A stretch of DNA of 64,000 nt, from positions 1,922,001 to 1,986,000 of the forward strand of contig VJWM01000025.1 in assembly GCA_010909165.1 (NCBI GenBank), read 5' to 3'. The notes below the pieces were generated by a model, which was given only the letters and a program-made list of their open reading frames with translations, had not been told where the DNA came from and did no database searches. The position numbers were made by a program, and so were the translations under genes. This document shows positions 33,632 through 46,292 of this stretch, piece by piece (the stretch's first letter is position 1; the number at the start of each line of letters is the position of its first letter). The stretch is from Anthoceros angustus. Lineage: Eukaryota; Plantae; Anthocerotophyta.

Positions 33632-36077
33632 ATGCAAGAGCGGCAGGGGCCTCCGGTGGCAGGCAATCCAGTGTTGCTGGCGCGGAAGTGGATCGTGGCA
33701 ATTCTTGTTGTTGCTTGCACCACATCCTCACCGGCTGCCGGAGATGGCTGGATCATGGCGGACGCGGTGAACGGGAGCGCAGTGTGCCCGGCGCACTGCT
33801 TGACTGTGAACCAGACGGCGGCGGGAAGAGGCGGGAGCTACCGCGGCCAGATCGTGGGATTCGCGCCTTGCACTGCTGCCTCCGGTGCGCAGATATGGAG
33901 CTACGATCCCGGGAGCCAGACCATCTCCATCCAGCAGCTGCAGCTGGGGATTCCGGCCTGCCTGGAGGTGCAATCGAACGTGTCCGGGATCTTCTTGGAT
34001 GCATGCGCCTCGCCCGCGCCGAGGACGCAGTTGTGGAGGATAGATGAGGGGAATGCTTCCGTTGTCAGCCTGGCCTTCTTCCCCGAGAAGGTCCTCGGGA
34101 TGCGCGTCACGGCGGGCGGATTGTCTTGGCGGGATGCTGTTCTGTTAGGAGGCGCCGGGGACGGGAAGGATTACACGAGTGTTATGTCTTTGGTGTCTCT
34201 TGTGCTTGCGCTGGATGCTGCCAGGGCGCCGCTGCCTGTTCGGGGCAACCTAGTCAGTAACGGCGGATTCGAGAGGTGTAGCTATGACGTGACGGAAGGT
34301 TCGCCGGCCGTTACGCTCTCCAAGGATGAGTTCTTTGGTCCTTGCTTCTGGAGTATCGGAGATGGCCGGGTGCAGATTTTCGGACCTGGGAGGGAGATTG
34401 TGGAAGGGAACCTGGCCCTGGCCCTCGGCGGGGATACTTTTTCCGGGAGCGTTTCTCAGGCAGTTAGCACGGAGCCGCTGTTGGACTACTTGATGAGCTT
34501 CTTGATGTCAGCCAACTCCAGCTGCGGTGGTGATGTGAAGAGGATGGAAGTGACGGCGGTGTCGTTCGGGCTTCGATTCGCCTCGACGCAGTCGTTTAAT
34601 TCTTCCGGTTTCAGTGATGGTGACATGGGATGGACTCTCAGGCTTCTGCGTTTCACGGCCACCGATACAGTCACCAATGTCAGCTTCCGTAGCCTGGAGG
34701 AGCATGCCTGCGGGCCGTTTATCGATGATGTGAGAGTGCAGCCATTCTTGCTGGACTTGTCCCCTGCGCTACAGCCTCGTGCGGTTTGTGATTGTGGATT
34801 TTGGGGCGGAGGTGAGTTTGCTGTAAGCTGCTAGGGTAGGATTTGCTTTCCCGCTGGCCCTTGCCCTGGAGCTGATAGCTTTGTGTGCTTCTTCCTTCTG
34901 TGCTGTAGCGGGAGCCATCATTGGAGCTGCCGTAGCGGCGTTTTGCGCAGGCATTGCTGTCTTTGCCTTCTGGTATGTTGCTTCCAGGAAACCGGGGAAT
35001 AATTCTACAGGGAATAACAGGGCCGATCTTGGAGGAAACAACCGCTCTGTTGACACAGCGAACGGGCGGAATGGGCTCTCTCCCACCTCAACACGTCGCG
35101 CGGTCTTTTCTTATGATGAAATCAATCTTGCCACTCGCGGTTTCGCTACCGGGCTGGGAGTGGGGACCCGTGCTGTGGCGTATGTTGCTACATTGCAGCC
35201 TGAGCGCATCAGAGCTGTCGTGAAGAGAGAGTACAGGACGGCGAGGCTCAGCGATCACGAGTTTATGGAGGAGGTGGGCATGCTGTTACAATTGGATCAT
35301 AGCAACCTCGTCCGCTTTTTGGGCTTTTGCAAGGATCAAGGTAGGTTTCGGAGTTCCCAACCATGTTCACTGCTCCCAGCACTGGCTGCACAATCTCACA
35401 AAACTTGCTCTGCAGGTGAACATATTCTTGTGTACGAGTACATGGAGGGAGGCAGCTTGCACGACCGTCTGCATTCAGATTCCAATCCTGCCCTCGAATG
35501 GACCGACAGAACCAAGATAGCTCGGGACGTTGCTGCAGGACTGGAATACCTTCATCACGGGGCTTCTCCGAGCATTCTGCATGGCAATCTCAGCTCTCAT
35601 AACGTGCTTCTCACAGCCCGCCTCCACGCTAAGCTCATGGACTTCGGGTCAGCCAGGTCTGTACAGAGAACCGAGCAGCGGACTCCTGACCGCAGTCACC
35701 CGGCTGCTGCTAGCTACATGGATCCCGTCGTGCTAAGGAATGAAGCCACCTACACTAAGAAATCAGATGTTTATAGCTTTGGGGTTCTGCTTCTCGAGCT
35801 TTTGACGGGGTTGCAAGCAGCCCGCGTGGTGCTTGAGGCTAGAGAATACCTGACCTTCAAAAACAAAATGCAGCAGCTTCTAGACCCCAAGTTGGAAGGC
35901 CGCATCTTCCCCCGGGAGCTGGAGTTGCTCATCGAAGTGGCGCAAAAGTGCATGCATCACAGCGAGGAAGACCGGCCATCTATGCCACAACTGTGTAAGC
36001 TGCTGGAGAACACCGCGGCTGCACCTTCTGACGAGATTCAACCAGCATCAACAGGCACCCGGACGGGAGCACCATAG
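33632..36077 (+). CDS. Receptor-like (pseudo)kinase: signal/hydrophobic N-terminus, ricin-B-type lectin, DUF642-like domain, TM, kinase fold. Exons about 33632-34811, 34909-35340, 35416-36077
   Basis: CLTV..PC..QIW / CLEV..DAC..QLW (QxW repeats); NLVSNGGFE...CGPFIDDVRV; TM GAIIGAAVAAFCAGIAVFAFWYVASRK; kinase EFMEEVGML..HSNLVRFLGFC, LVYEYMEGGSL, HGNLSSHNVLL, DFG, YMDP, KSDVYSFGVLLLELLTG. Splice sites G/gtgagt at 34812, ag at 34908, and a 75-nt intron 35341-35415. Confidence 0.88.
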
Positions 36078-36566
36078 GTTGGTTTTTTTTCCTGGAATGT
36101 ACTAATCTCTTGCCAAACGGGCTAACCTTTCCCCACGGACGCACTGCAGATCTAGAACAATTTCCCCAACATGATGTCACCTAACCTGCCCACAACTTTT
36201 CCCTTCCCTATATGTAGCACATGAAATAACATCCGCTTCCACGGGGGGGATGGAATGCTCCTTGTCGCTTCCATGGGTTGCTTCTGTCCTCGTCCCTTCG
36301 GATGGTTGCTGCCTTGTCCAGGAATCTCGTTTTACGCTGCTGGCGGGAACCGGGCGGTGACCGGAAGGAAGCGGAAGCACGGGGGGGTTGTGTAGGGCAT
36401 TCGGGAACCCGCTGTTTCACCATTCATGTCCGAGTCCGAGAAGTAAAACTCTTTTACCCTTTTCCCATTTCCAAGTTTTCTATTTCCGACTTCCGAGTTG
36501 AGTAAGGTATGCAGTCTATATATGTACAGAATGTTGCCATTCACTTAGGGTTAGGAAACGGGAACG

Positions 36567-38306
36567 ATGGCGGTTGTGCGCCGTGTGAGTGAGACGGACG
36601 CGGTGGCCTGGTTGGCTGCGTCGCCACACCTTCAGCTGGCCAAGGAAGCTGTGCAGCACACGTTCCCTTCGATCGCCTCCAGATTTCCATCCTCCACTGG
36701 TTCCCAGCTGTACACCCAGGGATTCGACTTCGAGCAAATTTGGCAGCAGATTGATGTCCAGGAGACGCCTCTGGGACCGAGCTTTAATCGGTGGCACAAG
36801 CGCTTGGACTCCGCCAACCCTGATATTTTCTTCTCCACTCCTGACACGAATGGCTTCCAGCAGGAGCGGGATCAGCTGGAGGCGGCCCCGGTGCCCGAGG
36901 TGGAGCCGCAGCAGCAGCAGCAGCTGTCTAGTAGGAAGGCGAAGAAAAGGAAGGAGCAGGATGGACAGGGGTCTCCTTCATATGATGGCGGGAAGGACGC
37001 GCCCCAGGGTGCCAGCAGAGCGTTTGAAGACTCCTTTCTCAGGTTGAGCGAGATGGAGCAGTTTCTGGACCAGGCAGAGGCCGAGGATGAAGGTTTCGAG
37101 GATGGTCCACGGCGTCTGCCGGTTTCCGCTGGCGACGATGAAGACGAAGGTGATATGGACGATGCTTTCGATTTCACTGCGCAGTTGGCGGGAAGGGAGG
37201 ACCTGGATGACGCGGAGCAGCCGCGGTATCAGGATTTTTTTGGTGCCTCGAGGTTGTCTAGGAAGAAAGCTGACGCTGCTGGATCTGCTGAGGGCGTGGA
37301 GGATGTTGAGGATGCGGCTAACGAGACGGACGAGGAGGAGGATGGTTTGCAAGACATGGATGCATCGGAGGATGGTTTGCAAGACATGGATGCATCGGAG
37401 GATGGGGATGGGGAGTTGGAGGAGGAGGAGCAGGAGGGTGCACCTGCGAGGAATCCGGTTTCCGCGCATGAGAAGCGACTGGCAAAGATGCAGGAGCGAA
37501 TCAAGGAGCTGGAGCAGGCCAACTTGGGGGACAAGCATTGGACTTTGAGGGGGGAGGTGAGCGCCTCCACGAGGCCTTATCGTAGTTTGGAGATGGACGA
37601 TGACGGGGTTCCGCTTGTGGACCTGGAATTTGAGCAAAGGGCAAGGCCGGCACCCGTGGTTACAGAAGAAGGTAACAAGTCCATCGAAGACATTATTCGG
37701 TCTCGGATTATGGCTGCCCAGTTCGATGACGTTGAGCGGAAAGCCCCCCCGGCCCCTGTGGCATCAAAGGTGCAGATTGAGCTGGACGAGGAGAAGAGCA
37801 AGAAAGGACTAGGTGAAATCTATGAGGCAGAATATGTGCAGAAGACCAGCGGGCTGACAGTGGCTCCCAACTCCAGCTTGGAGAAGGAGAAAGAGGAGGC
37901 CAGGCTTACTTTCAAGCGGCTGTGTGCCAAGCTGGATGCCTTGTCCCACTTCCATTTTGTCCCGAAGCCTGCTGTACAGGACCTGGCTGTTAGGGCTGAT
38001 GTTCCAGCTCTTGCCATGGAGGAGGTGGCACCGGTGGCTGTAGCAGAGGCATCCATGCTTGCCCCCGAAGAGATATTTGCTGGTAAAGGAGCAGTCAAGG
38101 CCGAAGCAGAGCTCACGCATGAGGACAGGCAACGAAGACGGGCTACCAAGAAGCGCAAGCGCAGGTTGGCCAGAAAGGCAGCTCAGCCTTTTAAGAAGCA
38201 AACAACTTCAGCAAGGCCATTGAAGAAATCCAGACCTTCTGCCTCATCCGGCAATTTCGGCAAGTCTTCTAAGGTATTTGCCGGCCTAGAGCAAATGAAA
38301 GGTTAA
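36567..38306 (+). CDS. MPP10: U3 snoRNP protein MPP10
   Basis: GFDFEQIWQQI, FEDSFLRLSEMEQFLDQAE, acidic tract, WTLRGEVSA, KSKKGLGEIYE, LCAKLDALSHFHFVPKP, PALAMEEVAP, APEEIF and a basic C-terminus. Confidence 0.95.
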   Translation: MAVVRRVSETDAVAWLAASPHLQLAKEAVQHTFPSIASRFPSSTGSQLYTQGFDFEQIWQQIDVQETPLGPSFNRWHKRLDSANPDIFFSTPDTNGFQQERDQLEAAPVPEVEPQQQQQLSSRKAKKRKEQDGQGSPSYDGGKDAPQGASRAFEDSFLRLSEMEQFLDQAEAEDEGFEDGPRRLPVSAGDDEDEGDMDDAFDFTAQLAGREDLDDAEQPRYQDFFGASRLSRKKADAAGSAEGVEDVEDAANETDEEEDGLQDMDASEDGLQDMDASEDGDGELEEEEQEGAPARNPVSAHEKRLAKMQERIKELEQANLGDKHWTLRGEVSASTRPYRSLEMDDDGVPLVDLEFEQRARPAPVVTEEGNKSIEDIIRSRIMAAQFDDVERKAPPAPVASKVQIELDEEKSKKGLGEIYEAEYVQKTSGLTVAPNSSLEKEKEEARLTFKRLCAKLDALSHFHFVPKPAVQDLAVRADVPALAMEEVAPVAVAEASMLAPEEIFAGKGAVKAEAELTHEDRQRRRATKKRKRRLARKAAQPFKKQTTSARPLKKSRPSASSGNFGKSSKVFAGLEQMKG

Positions 38307-39485
38307 GCGCACATGTGTCCTCTAGGGATCTGGCCAAAGTGGAGCAAGCTGCTAGGTGGGTCAATGAAGGAGGCTTTGGGGTTGTTCAGGCTCGACTCAG
38401 TCCCTCATGCTCCTGTGGCTCACGGATGGAAACTAGTTGTTGCGTCTCAGTCCCCGCCTACCTGAAGTGAAGCACTCAGACCATGTGCAGGCGCGCCGAC
38501 ATGGCTATGGGCCTGAAGCAACCTTCGGCGTTTTTTATGGGCCTTTCTTTCAAACTGATGTACCATGGTCGCAGTGGGGATACACGCTGAAAGCGGGGCC
38601 ACGGTCGGGAAGCCTTTGCGATGGCTGTGACTTTACCAGAGTTGGATCTGGACCTGGCCCCAAGCAGGTTATACTGGCGAAAGTGTTTTCTGGCTGGTAC
38701 GTTAGGAGCACTGTCTGGAAGGGCTAACAGTCTGTGTCTGGACTACACAGCTGCACCCACACACCTCGTGCTGTGTCTCCCTTATGGCCGCAGGCACAAG
38801 TGAGGACTTTCTTCTGTATCGGGCTAAGATCGTGAGCACTAAAGCTTGACCCAGGGCAGTAGACTAGTTTCATCCAAAGCAGTGCACCAGTCGATTAGCT
38901 TTGCCTAGGGCCATCAAAGATAGACGAAGCAAAGTCTGTTTTTAATCCGTATCCAGTGAAAGGGATGGAAACACTGCGGGACTGAGAGGGGACTCTGGGA
39001 GGATGAATGGCATTCCAAAACGATCAGTGCGTCGTTGGAAATAAAGCCACACTTGGTGTCTTTGGGATCTCAAAGATGTAGCTTGTGTCACTGATATACC
39101 AACGTTTACTCTCTCGAATGGGGACGAACTTCAATAATGTGCCATTGTCGGTAAATCCTTTTTTTTTTTGTTTAGTCGATTAGAATGAGCTTAGCCTGGA
39201 GCCTAGAGCGTCCTCTAGGTCAGGAAGGATAGGAACTCCCATGCAGGAAGGGATGGTGAGCGGCGGAGACGTCGCCTCGTCGCCTATCCATCACAAAGAT
39301 TTATGTCATGAGAAGTGATGGGAAAATTATATACCTATGTTACTTATCTGTCTTATATTAATATTCCATATATTCAAATACCGATACACAGGCTTGTCGC
39401 ATTCAAGCCCTCCGGGTTCGGGCTCATCGGAGCTAGCCCGCATGGGGTGGTGATACACTCATCTTCCGAGAGAGGTTCCTGAACG

Positions 39486-42400
39486 ATGGCCACAATGTGG
39501 CAACCGGACCCGTTGTGGACCCAACAAAGTGGTGTGTGTGCAGGGATTCTACGAGGAGCTCCCGCTCACCTCATGGTAGGGAATGAACCCATTGCAAACA
39601 AAGCCTCCAGGTGCAGCAGTGTAAGGAGCCCAGCACTTCCACTTCCGAGAAATTGTGTGGGTGGGGAGGGGTTTTCCAACGATGATCATTGCCAGGAGCA
39701 GGAGCACTTGTGGCAACAATTCTTTCTGGACCCTACCATGTGGTGGGACAACAGACGAGATAAGAAGAGCTTCAGTTCGCCTGACTTCCGACGCAAAGGG
39801 TCCGGCGAGGTCCTGTGGTTAAACAACATGTTTAAGCCAGCTTGGGTTGATGAGCAGCTCGTTTCCTTGGATATGCAGATGGGTCACGCTGCCTCTCCTT
39901 CCGAGTCGAGCTATCGGGATAATCCTGAACCTGGGAGGCGTGCAGAATCGGAAATAGGCTCCAGGTGCAGGAGTGTAAGGAGCCCAGCACTTCCACTTCC
40001 GGGAAAATGGGTGGGTGGGGACGGGATTTCCAACGATGGTCGTCGCCAGGAGCAGGAGCTGTTGGTGCAACAATGTTTTCTGGATCCTAACATGTGGTGG
40101 GACAACAGACGAGATAAGACGAGATCCCAATTGCCGGAATTCCGGCGTAAGAGGTACGGCGAGGTCCTGTGGTTAAACAACATGTATAAGCGAGCTTGGG
40201 TTGATGAGCAGCTCTATTCCTTGGATATGCAGATGGGTCAATGTGCCTCTCCTTCCAAGTCCAGCTCTGTGGATAAGCCTGAACCTGGCAGGCGTGCAGG
40301 ATCGGAAGTGGGCGTCGTAACAGCTGGAACCGTGAGCTTGCTATGTGAGCAGGGGAAGCTTTCTGAGGCCGTTGGAGCCCTTGAATCTCTGGCGCAGGCA
40401 GACCCTGCTATTTCCCAGTCTCTGTTTTACACTGTGCTAAAGCTGTGCACAGCTAAGAAGGATTTGGTTGTGGGGCGACGAGTTCATGATCTCACTGCCA
40501 AAATTGGGTACGAGTCGAGTGCATACTTGGGGAACCATATCTTGCGCATGTATGCATGTGGAGGTAGGCTGCAGGAGGCCATGGATGTGTTCACCAGGGT
40601 GGGCAAACCAAATGTCTTCATGTGGGTTTCCATAATCTCTGCACATGCTAAGCACGGGAAACCTAAGGAGGCCATACAACTCTACCATCAGATGCGGAGG
40701 TCAGGAGTGAAGGCGAATGGCCACGTCTTTGTAGCTGCCCTCCAGGCTTGTGCAATTGCTGCCGACTTGGAATCTGGCAAAAAAGTGCACTGTGATGTGT
40801 TGCACAGTGGCACTCCTACTGACGTGTTTGTTGGCAATTGTCTGGTGGACATGTATGCAAAATGTGGTGAACTGAAAGCTGCACGCCAGGTTTTTGAAGG
40901 CATGGCCGAAAAGGATGTGGTGACATGGACGGCGCTGATATCTGGGTATGTAAAGTGTGGTGAACTGAAAGATGCACGCCAGGTTTTTGACAGCATGAAC
41001 ACAAAGAATGTGGTGACATGGACTGCGCTGATAGCTGGGTATGCTGAGCAAGGTCTCGGACACGAGTCGCTTGTTCTGTATGGACAAATGGAGCAGGAGG
41101 GCCTCATTTTGGCGGACTATGTCACCTTTGTTTGCCTTCTGAAGGCCTGTGCAAGCACTGGTGCCTTGCAGAAAGGCAGGCAGCTGCACTCACAGATTGT
41201 TGAACGAGGACTGTTGGACAATGTAATGTTGGGCAACTGCCTGGTGGACATGTATGCAAAATGTGGTGAACTGGAAGATGCACGCCAGGTTTTTGACAGC
41301 TTGGTGACGAAGGATGTGGTCACATGGAATGCCCTGATAGCTGGGTATGCCGAGCAAGGGCTTGGCCAAGAGGCACTTGTTCTGTATGGACAAATGGAGA
41401 CGGACAGCCTCGTTTTAGCTAACCATGTTACTTTTGCTTGCCTTCTAAAGGCTTGTGCAAGCACCGGTGCTTTACAGAAGGGCAGGCAGCTGCACTCACT
41501 AATTATCGAACGGGGACTGCTGGATAATGTACTGGTGGGGAACGGCCTGGTAGACATGTATGCAAAATGTGGCAAACTGAAAGATGCACGTCAGGTTTTT
41601 GACAGCATGGCCACAAAGGATGTGGTGACATGGAATGCCCTGATATCTGGGTATGCAAAATGTGGTGAACTGAAAGATGCACGCCAGGTTTTTGACAGCA
41701 TGAACACAAAGAATGTGGTGACATGGAATGCCCTGATAGCTGGGAAGGCTCGGACATGAGGCGCTTGTTCTGTATGGACAAATGGAGCAGGAGGGCCTCA
41801 TTTTGGCTACCATGTTACTTTTGCTTGCCTTCTGAAGGCCTGTGCAAGCACTGGTGCCTTGCAGAAAGGCAGGCAGCTGCACTCACAGATTGTTGAACGA
41901 GGACTGTTGGACAATGTAATGTTGGGCAACTGCCTGGTGGACATGTATGCAAAATGTGGAGAACTGGAAGATGCACGCCTGGTTTTTGACAGCTTGGTGA
42001 CGAAGGATGTGGTCACATGGAATGCCCTGATCGCTGGGTATGCCCAGCAAGGACTTGGCCAAGAGGCACTCGTTGTGTATGGGAAAATGGAGCAGGAGGG
42101 CCTGATTTTGGCAAACCATGTTACTTTTGCTTGCCTTCTAAAGGCCTGTGCAAGCAGTGGTGCCCTACAAAAGGGCAGGCAGCTGCACTCACAGATTGTT
42201 GAAAGAGGACTACTGGATAATGTACTGGTGGGGACCTGCCTAGTGGACATGTATGCAAAATGTGGTGAACTGAAATATGCACGCCGGGTTTTTGACAGCA
42301 TGAACACAAAGAATGTGGTTACATGGAATGCCCTGATATCTGGATATGGTACATCTGATGATGGTCAGAGAGCACTAGCTTGTTTTGAGGAGATGTGTGT

Positions 42401-43229
42401 TGCCGGTATTCAGCCTGATGGTGCTACTTTTACTTGCCTTCTAGTAGCATGCAGTCATGAGGGACTAGTCCACGAGGGTCGCAAGTACTTCGATTCCATG
42501 GCTGAACAGCATGGCATCAAACCTACTATTGAGCATTACATTTGCATGATTGATCTTCTTGGGCGTGCAGGCCATTTAGATGAGGCAGAGAAGATGCTAT
42601 TGTCATGTGAGGGCCAAAGTAATGTTGTGGTCTTGACGTCTTTGTTGAATGCCTGCAAAAGTCACGGGGATATAGAGAGGGCAATGTGGTGTTTTGAAAG
42701 CATTGTCAAGCTGGACCCCCAGGAGGCGCCTGCCTACGTGCTCATGGCGAATGCCTATGCAGATGCAGGTAGGTGGACCGATGTGGACAGGATTGAAGTG
42801 CAGAGAAGGGTAGCAGGAGCTAACAAGAAACCTGCAGTGGCGACCATTGAGCTGAACAAGCAGGTACATAGATTTCTGGTGGGAGAAAAGAGAGAGGATA
42901 TTATGCTCAAGGTGGACAGCACGAATGCCCGTGTGAAGCAGGAAGGGGGCCACGTACCTCACACAAAGTTAGTGTTGAAGCCACTATGTGAGAAGGAAAA
43001 GGAAGATGTGCTTTGTGGGCATGCTGAGAAGCTAGCTCTGGCGTTTGGTCTGTTGAACAGTCCGAGTGGGACACCTCTGGTGGTAACGAAGAATCTACGC
43101 ATGTGCAGTGACTGCCACAGTTCCACGGAGATCATGTCAAGGCTTGAACAGAGAGACATTGTCGTAAGGGATGGGTACCGTGTGCATCGATTCGCAGCTG
43201 GTTCTTGCAGTTGTAAGGGTCGACCGTGA
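39486..43229 (+). CDS. 2xPDF - PLS/SS PPR array - E1 - E2 - DYW:KP (GRP-ending) protein; reading frame broken at about 41740-41810 as assembled
   Basis: Two WWDNRRDK..P[DE]FRRK..VLWLNN motifs (about 39700-39860 and 40060-40215), P-L-S-(SS) repeats, [24 protein letters not shown] and terminal CSCKGRP. There is a deletion of about 10 bp at 41744 (tatgctgagc missing) and a 1-bp loss at about 41808. Confidence 0.9.
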
Positions 43230-43419
43230 GAATAATGAAGAACTGGCCAAGGTGGTGAGTGCGTTGGTATCCTGGGCAGAGCTTGCGGCTGTTGCCCCCA
43301 AGGTGACTAGGCCGGGACCCCTCACATGGTGGGTGTCTGTCTTTGCTGCGAAGCGCATGAAGACAGGATCACCAGCTGGACTCGGATCTGGCGCTCAAGA
43401 GGCTGTGCTGGGGACCGAG

Positions 43420-44190
43420 GATCTCCTGGATCTCAGGAAGGAGGTGGCATCTCTACTGAAAGTGTGCGGCGGGCACTGGCAGGAGGTGCAGGATCAGACT
43501 CAGACTGTTTCTGGCTGGTTCCCTGCAGATCCGTTTCTGGAGAGCGAGACGGCGCGGATTACATGAAATTACATTCCCTGAGCATGTGACAACTGCGAGG
43601 AGATCACGAGCTTGGGGTTCATTGCGGATGTCCTGCGGGGAGTACTGACTCCTGGCCAAATGTTATCCCGGCAGCTCAGACCGCTCTGGACCTTGGTGCT
43701 CGGATGCAAATGCAAGGTCCTCAAGGGTGATGAGACTACTTTCTTGTGCATTCTGAAACGGTGCAGTAGTATAGGGTCCGTGAATATCTGCCACCGAATA
43801 CACCAACATATCGTCCAAAGCGGATATGAGCAGAGCATGTTGGTGGGAAATGCCCGTCTCCATGCATGTGGCAAGAATGGCATGGCCTGAACTCAGCTCA
43901 GCGAGATTTCGATCTGTTGCCCTGGCAGGACTTACATCTGCTTGGACTGCATTGATAGCCGGGTATGCAGGACAATCAAAATGTGCAACAAGCTTAAGCT
44001 TGCAGTGGTTTGAGCATATGCCACAGGCAGGAATTAGACCCAACGGAGTAACCTTTCTTGCACTCCTATCGGCATGCAGCGACGGAGGCCTGATCGAGAA
44101 AGGCTTGGAGTATTTGGATGCCATGAGCAGAGACCACGGCATTCATCCTACTTTACACCCCATCTTGCAGCTGTTCATGAATGCATACTA
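43420..44190 (+). pseudogene. Degenerate PLS-PPR remnant
   Basis: [35 protein letters not shown] and PNGVTFLALLSACSDGGLIEKGLEYLDAMSRDHGIHPT, interrupted by stops and frameshifts. Confidence 0.75.
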
Positions 44191-44924
44191 GACGGCCCAG
44201 AATGGCAGGAATGGCAGGAGCGTCACTGTTCCACAAGCTAGTCGATATTCCCTGGCCTGTCCACCATAACCAACAGTGGATTGCAATTGAGATCCAAGCC
44301 ATCTCCATAACGAGGGAGGAAGACGAATTTCTTTTGAAGTCCATGTTAGGTACCCCAAAACGCTCAACCAAGGTACTCAAAACGAGTAGTTCTAGGGCCC
44401 AGATTTGGGGAACCCCTAGGGCCCGCCGCGTGTGGAGTACATGTTTATTCTTGGGCAATTCTGCTACCATGCAAAAGATCTGATCTTTCAGTTCATGAAC
44501 TGCTCTTCCATGGTATCCGCACATAGCGTGTGATATGTTAATTTGACTAAGCGTCCTCGGATTCCTCCCCTTTCAAACGAGCCCTGCCTTCTAGACACTC
44601 CTTCGCCCGTGAAACTGATAAGGATGGAACTCTAATCCTCCTGCGTTGCGTGGTGCTGTGTGTGTAGAAGGTTGTCTACTTCCTCTTGCCATAAGTAAAA
44701 GAATGAATCACCAAAGCAAAAGCCAACTCCTTCCTTGCTCCAAATGTCCGCTTTGGTACGCCTGAAGATAGCTAGGCTCGCGGGCAACAGAGAGAGTTCG
44801 GGGTACAACCGACGGTAGAAGGAAAAAAAAATGAGCCGGCACTCTCGATGGTGTGGTCACGCACTATACCTGGGCATCCTGCCATAGTCTGTTGTGAGAC
44901 CCATCTTCCGAGAGCGGTTCCTGA

Positions 44925-45732
44925 ATGATGGCCACAGTATGGCAACCGGAACCCTTGTGGACCCAACAAAGTGGTGTGTGTACAGGGATTCTACCAGAAG
45001 CTCCCGCTCACCTCATCGTAGGGAGTGAACTCCTGGCAAACAATGCCTCCAGGTGCAGCAGTGTAAGGAGCCCAGCACTTCTGCTTCCCGGAAAATGTGT
45101 GGGTGGGGATGGGTTTTCCAGCGATGGTCGTCGCCAGGAGCAAGAGCACTTGTGGCAACAATTTTTTCTGGATCCTACCCTGTGGTGGGACAACAGACGA
45201 GATAAGAGGAGCTCCCGTTCGCCTGACTTCCGGCGTAAAGGGTCCAGCGAGGTGCTGTGGTTAGACAACAGGTTCAAGCCAGCTTGGGTTGATGAGCAGC
45301 TCCTTTCCTTGGATATGCAGATGGGTCATGGTGCTCGCCTTCAGAGTCCAGGTCCCCGGATAAGCCTGAACATGGCAGGCGTGAAGGATTGGGAATGGGC
45401 GTCGTAACTGCTGGAACCGTGAGCGTGCTGTGTCAGCAGGGGAAGCTTTCTGAGGCCGTTGGAGCCCTGGAATCTCTGGCGCAGTCAAACTCCGCCCTCT
45501 CTCAGTCTCTGGTTTACACTCTGCTGAAACTGTGTACAGATAGGAAGGATTCGGTTGTGGGGCGACGAGTTCATGAGCTCACTGTCAAACTTGGGTATGA
45601 TTCAAATGTATTCTTGGGGAACCATATCTTGCGAATGTATGCATGTTGGGGTAGGCTAGAGGAGGCCATGGATGTGTTCACCAGAGTGGGAAGACCAGAT
45701 GCCTTCATGTGGTGTTCCATAATCTCCATAAC
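44925..45732 (+). pseudogene. 5' part of a PDF-PPR paralog, truncated by a jump back to 44303
   Basis: [45 protein letters not shown], then the first PLS motifs. It ends at atctccata, which joins sequence identical to 44303 onward. Confidence 0.8.
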
Positions 45733-46292
45733 GAGGAGGAAGACAATTTCTGAAGTCCATGTTAGGTACCCCAAAACGCTCAACCAAGGTACTCAAACGA
45801 GTAGTTCTAGGGCCCAGATTTGGGGAACCCCTAGCCCGCCGCTGTGGAGTACATGTTTATTCTTGGGCAATTCTGCTACCATGCAAAGATCTGATCTTTC
45901 AGTTCATGAACTGCTCTTCCATGGTATCCGCACATAGCGTGTGATATGTTAATTTGACTAAGCGTCCTCGGATTCCTCCCTTTCAAACGAGCCTGCCTTC
46001 TAGACATCCTTCGCCCGTGAACTGATAAGGATGGAACTCTAATCCTCCTGCGTTGCAGCTGTGTGTGTAGAAGGTTGTCTACCTCTTGCCATAAGTGAAT
46101 GAATCACCAAAGCAAAAGCCAACTCCTTCCTTGCTCCAAATGTGCTTTGGTACGCCTGAAGATAGCTAGGCTGCGGGCAACAGAGAGTTCGGGTACACCT
46201 GAAGGTGAGCCGGCACTGATGGTGTGGTCACTATACCTGGGCATCCTGCCATAGTCTGTTGTGAGACCCATCTTCCGAGCAGTTCCTGAACG

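Noticed and set aside
35341-35415. 25-aa insertion in the RLK kinase domain seen in the ORF track
   Set aside because: It is a 75-nt in-frame GT-AG intron at the usual position (G/gtaggt...tgcag/GT).
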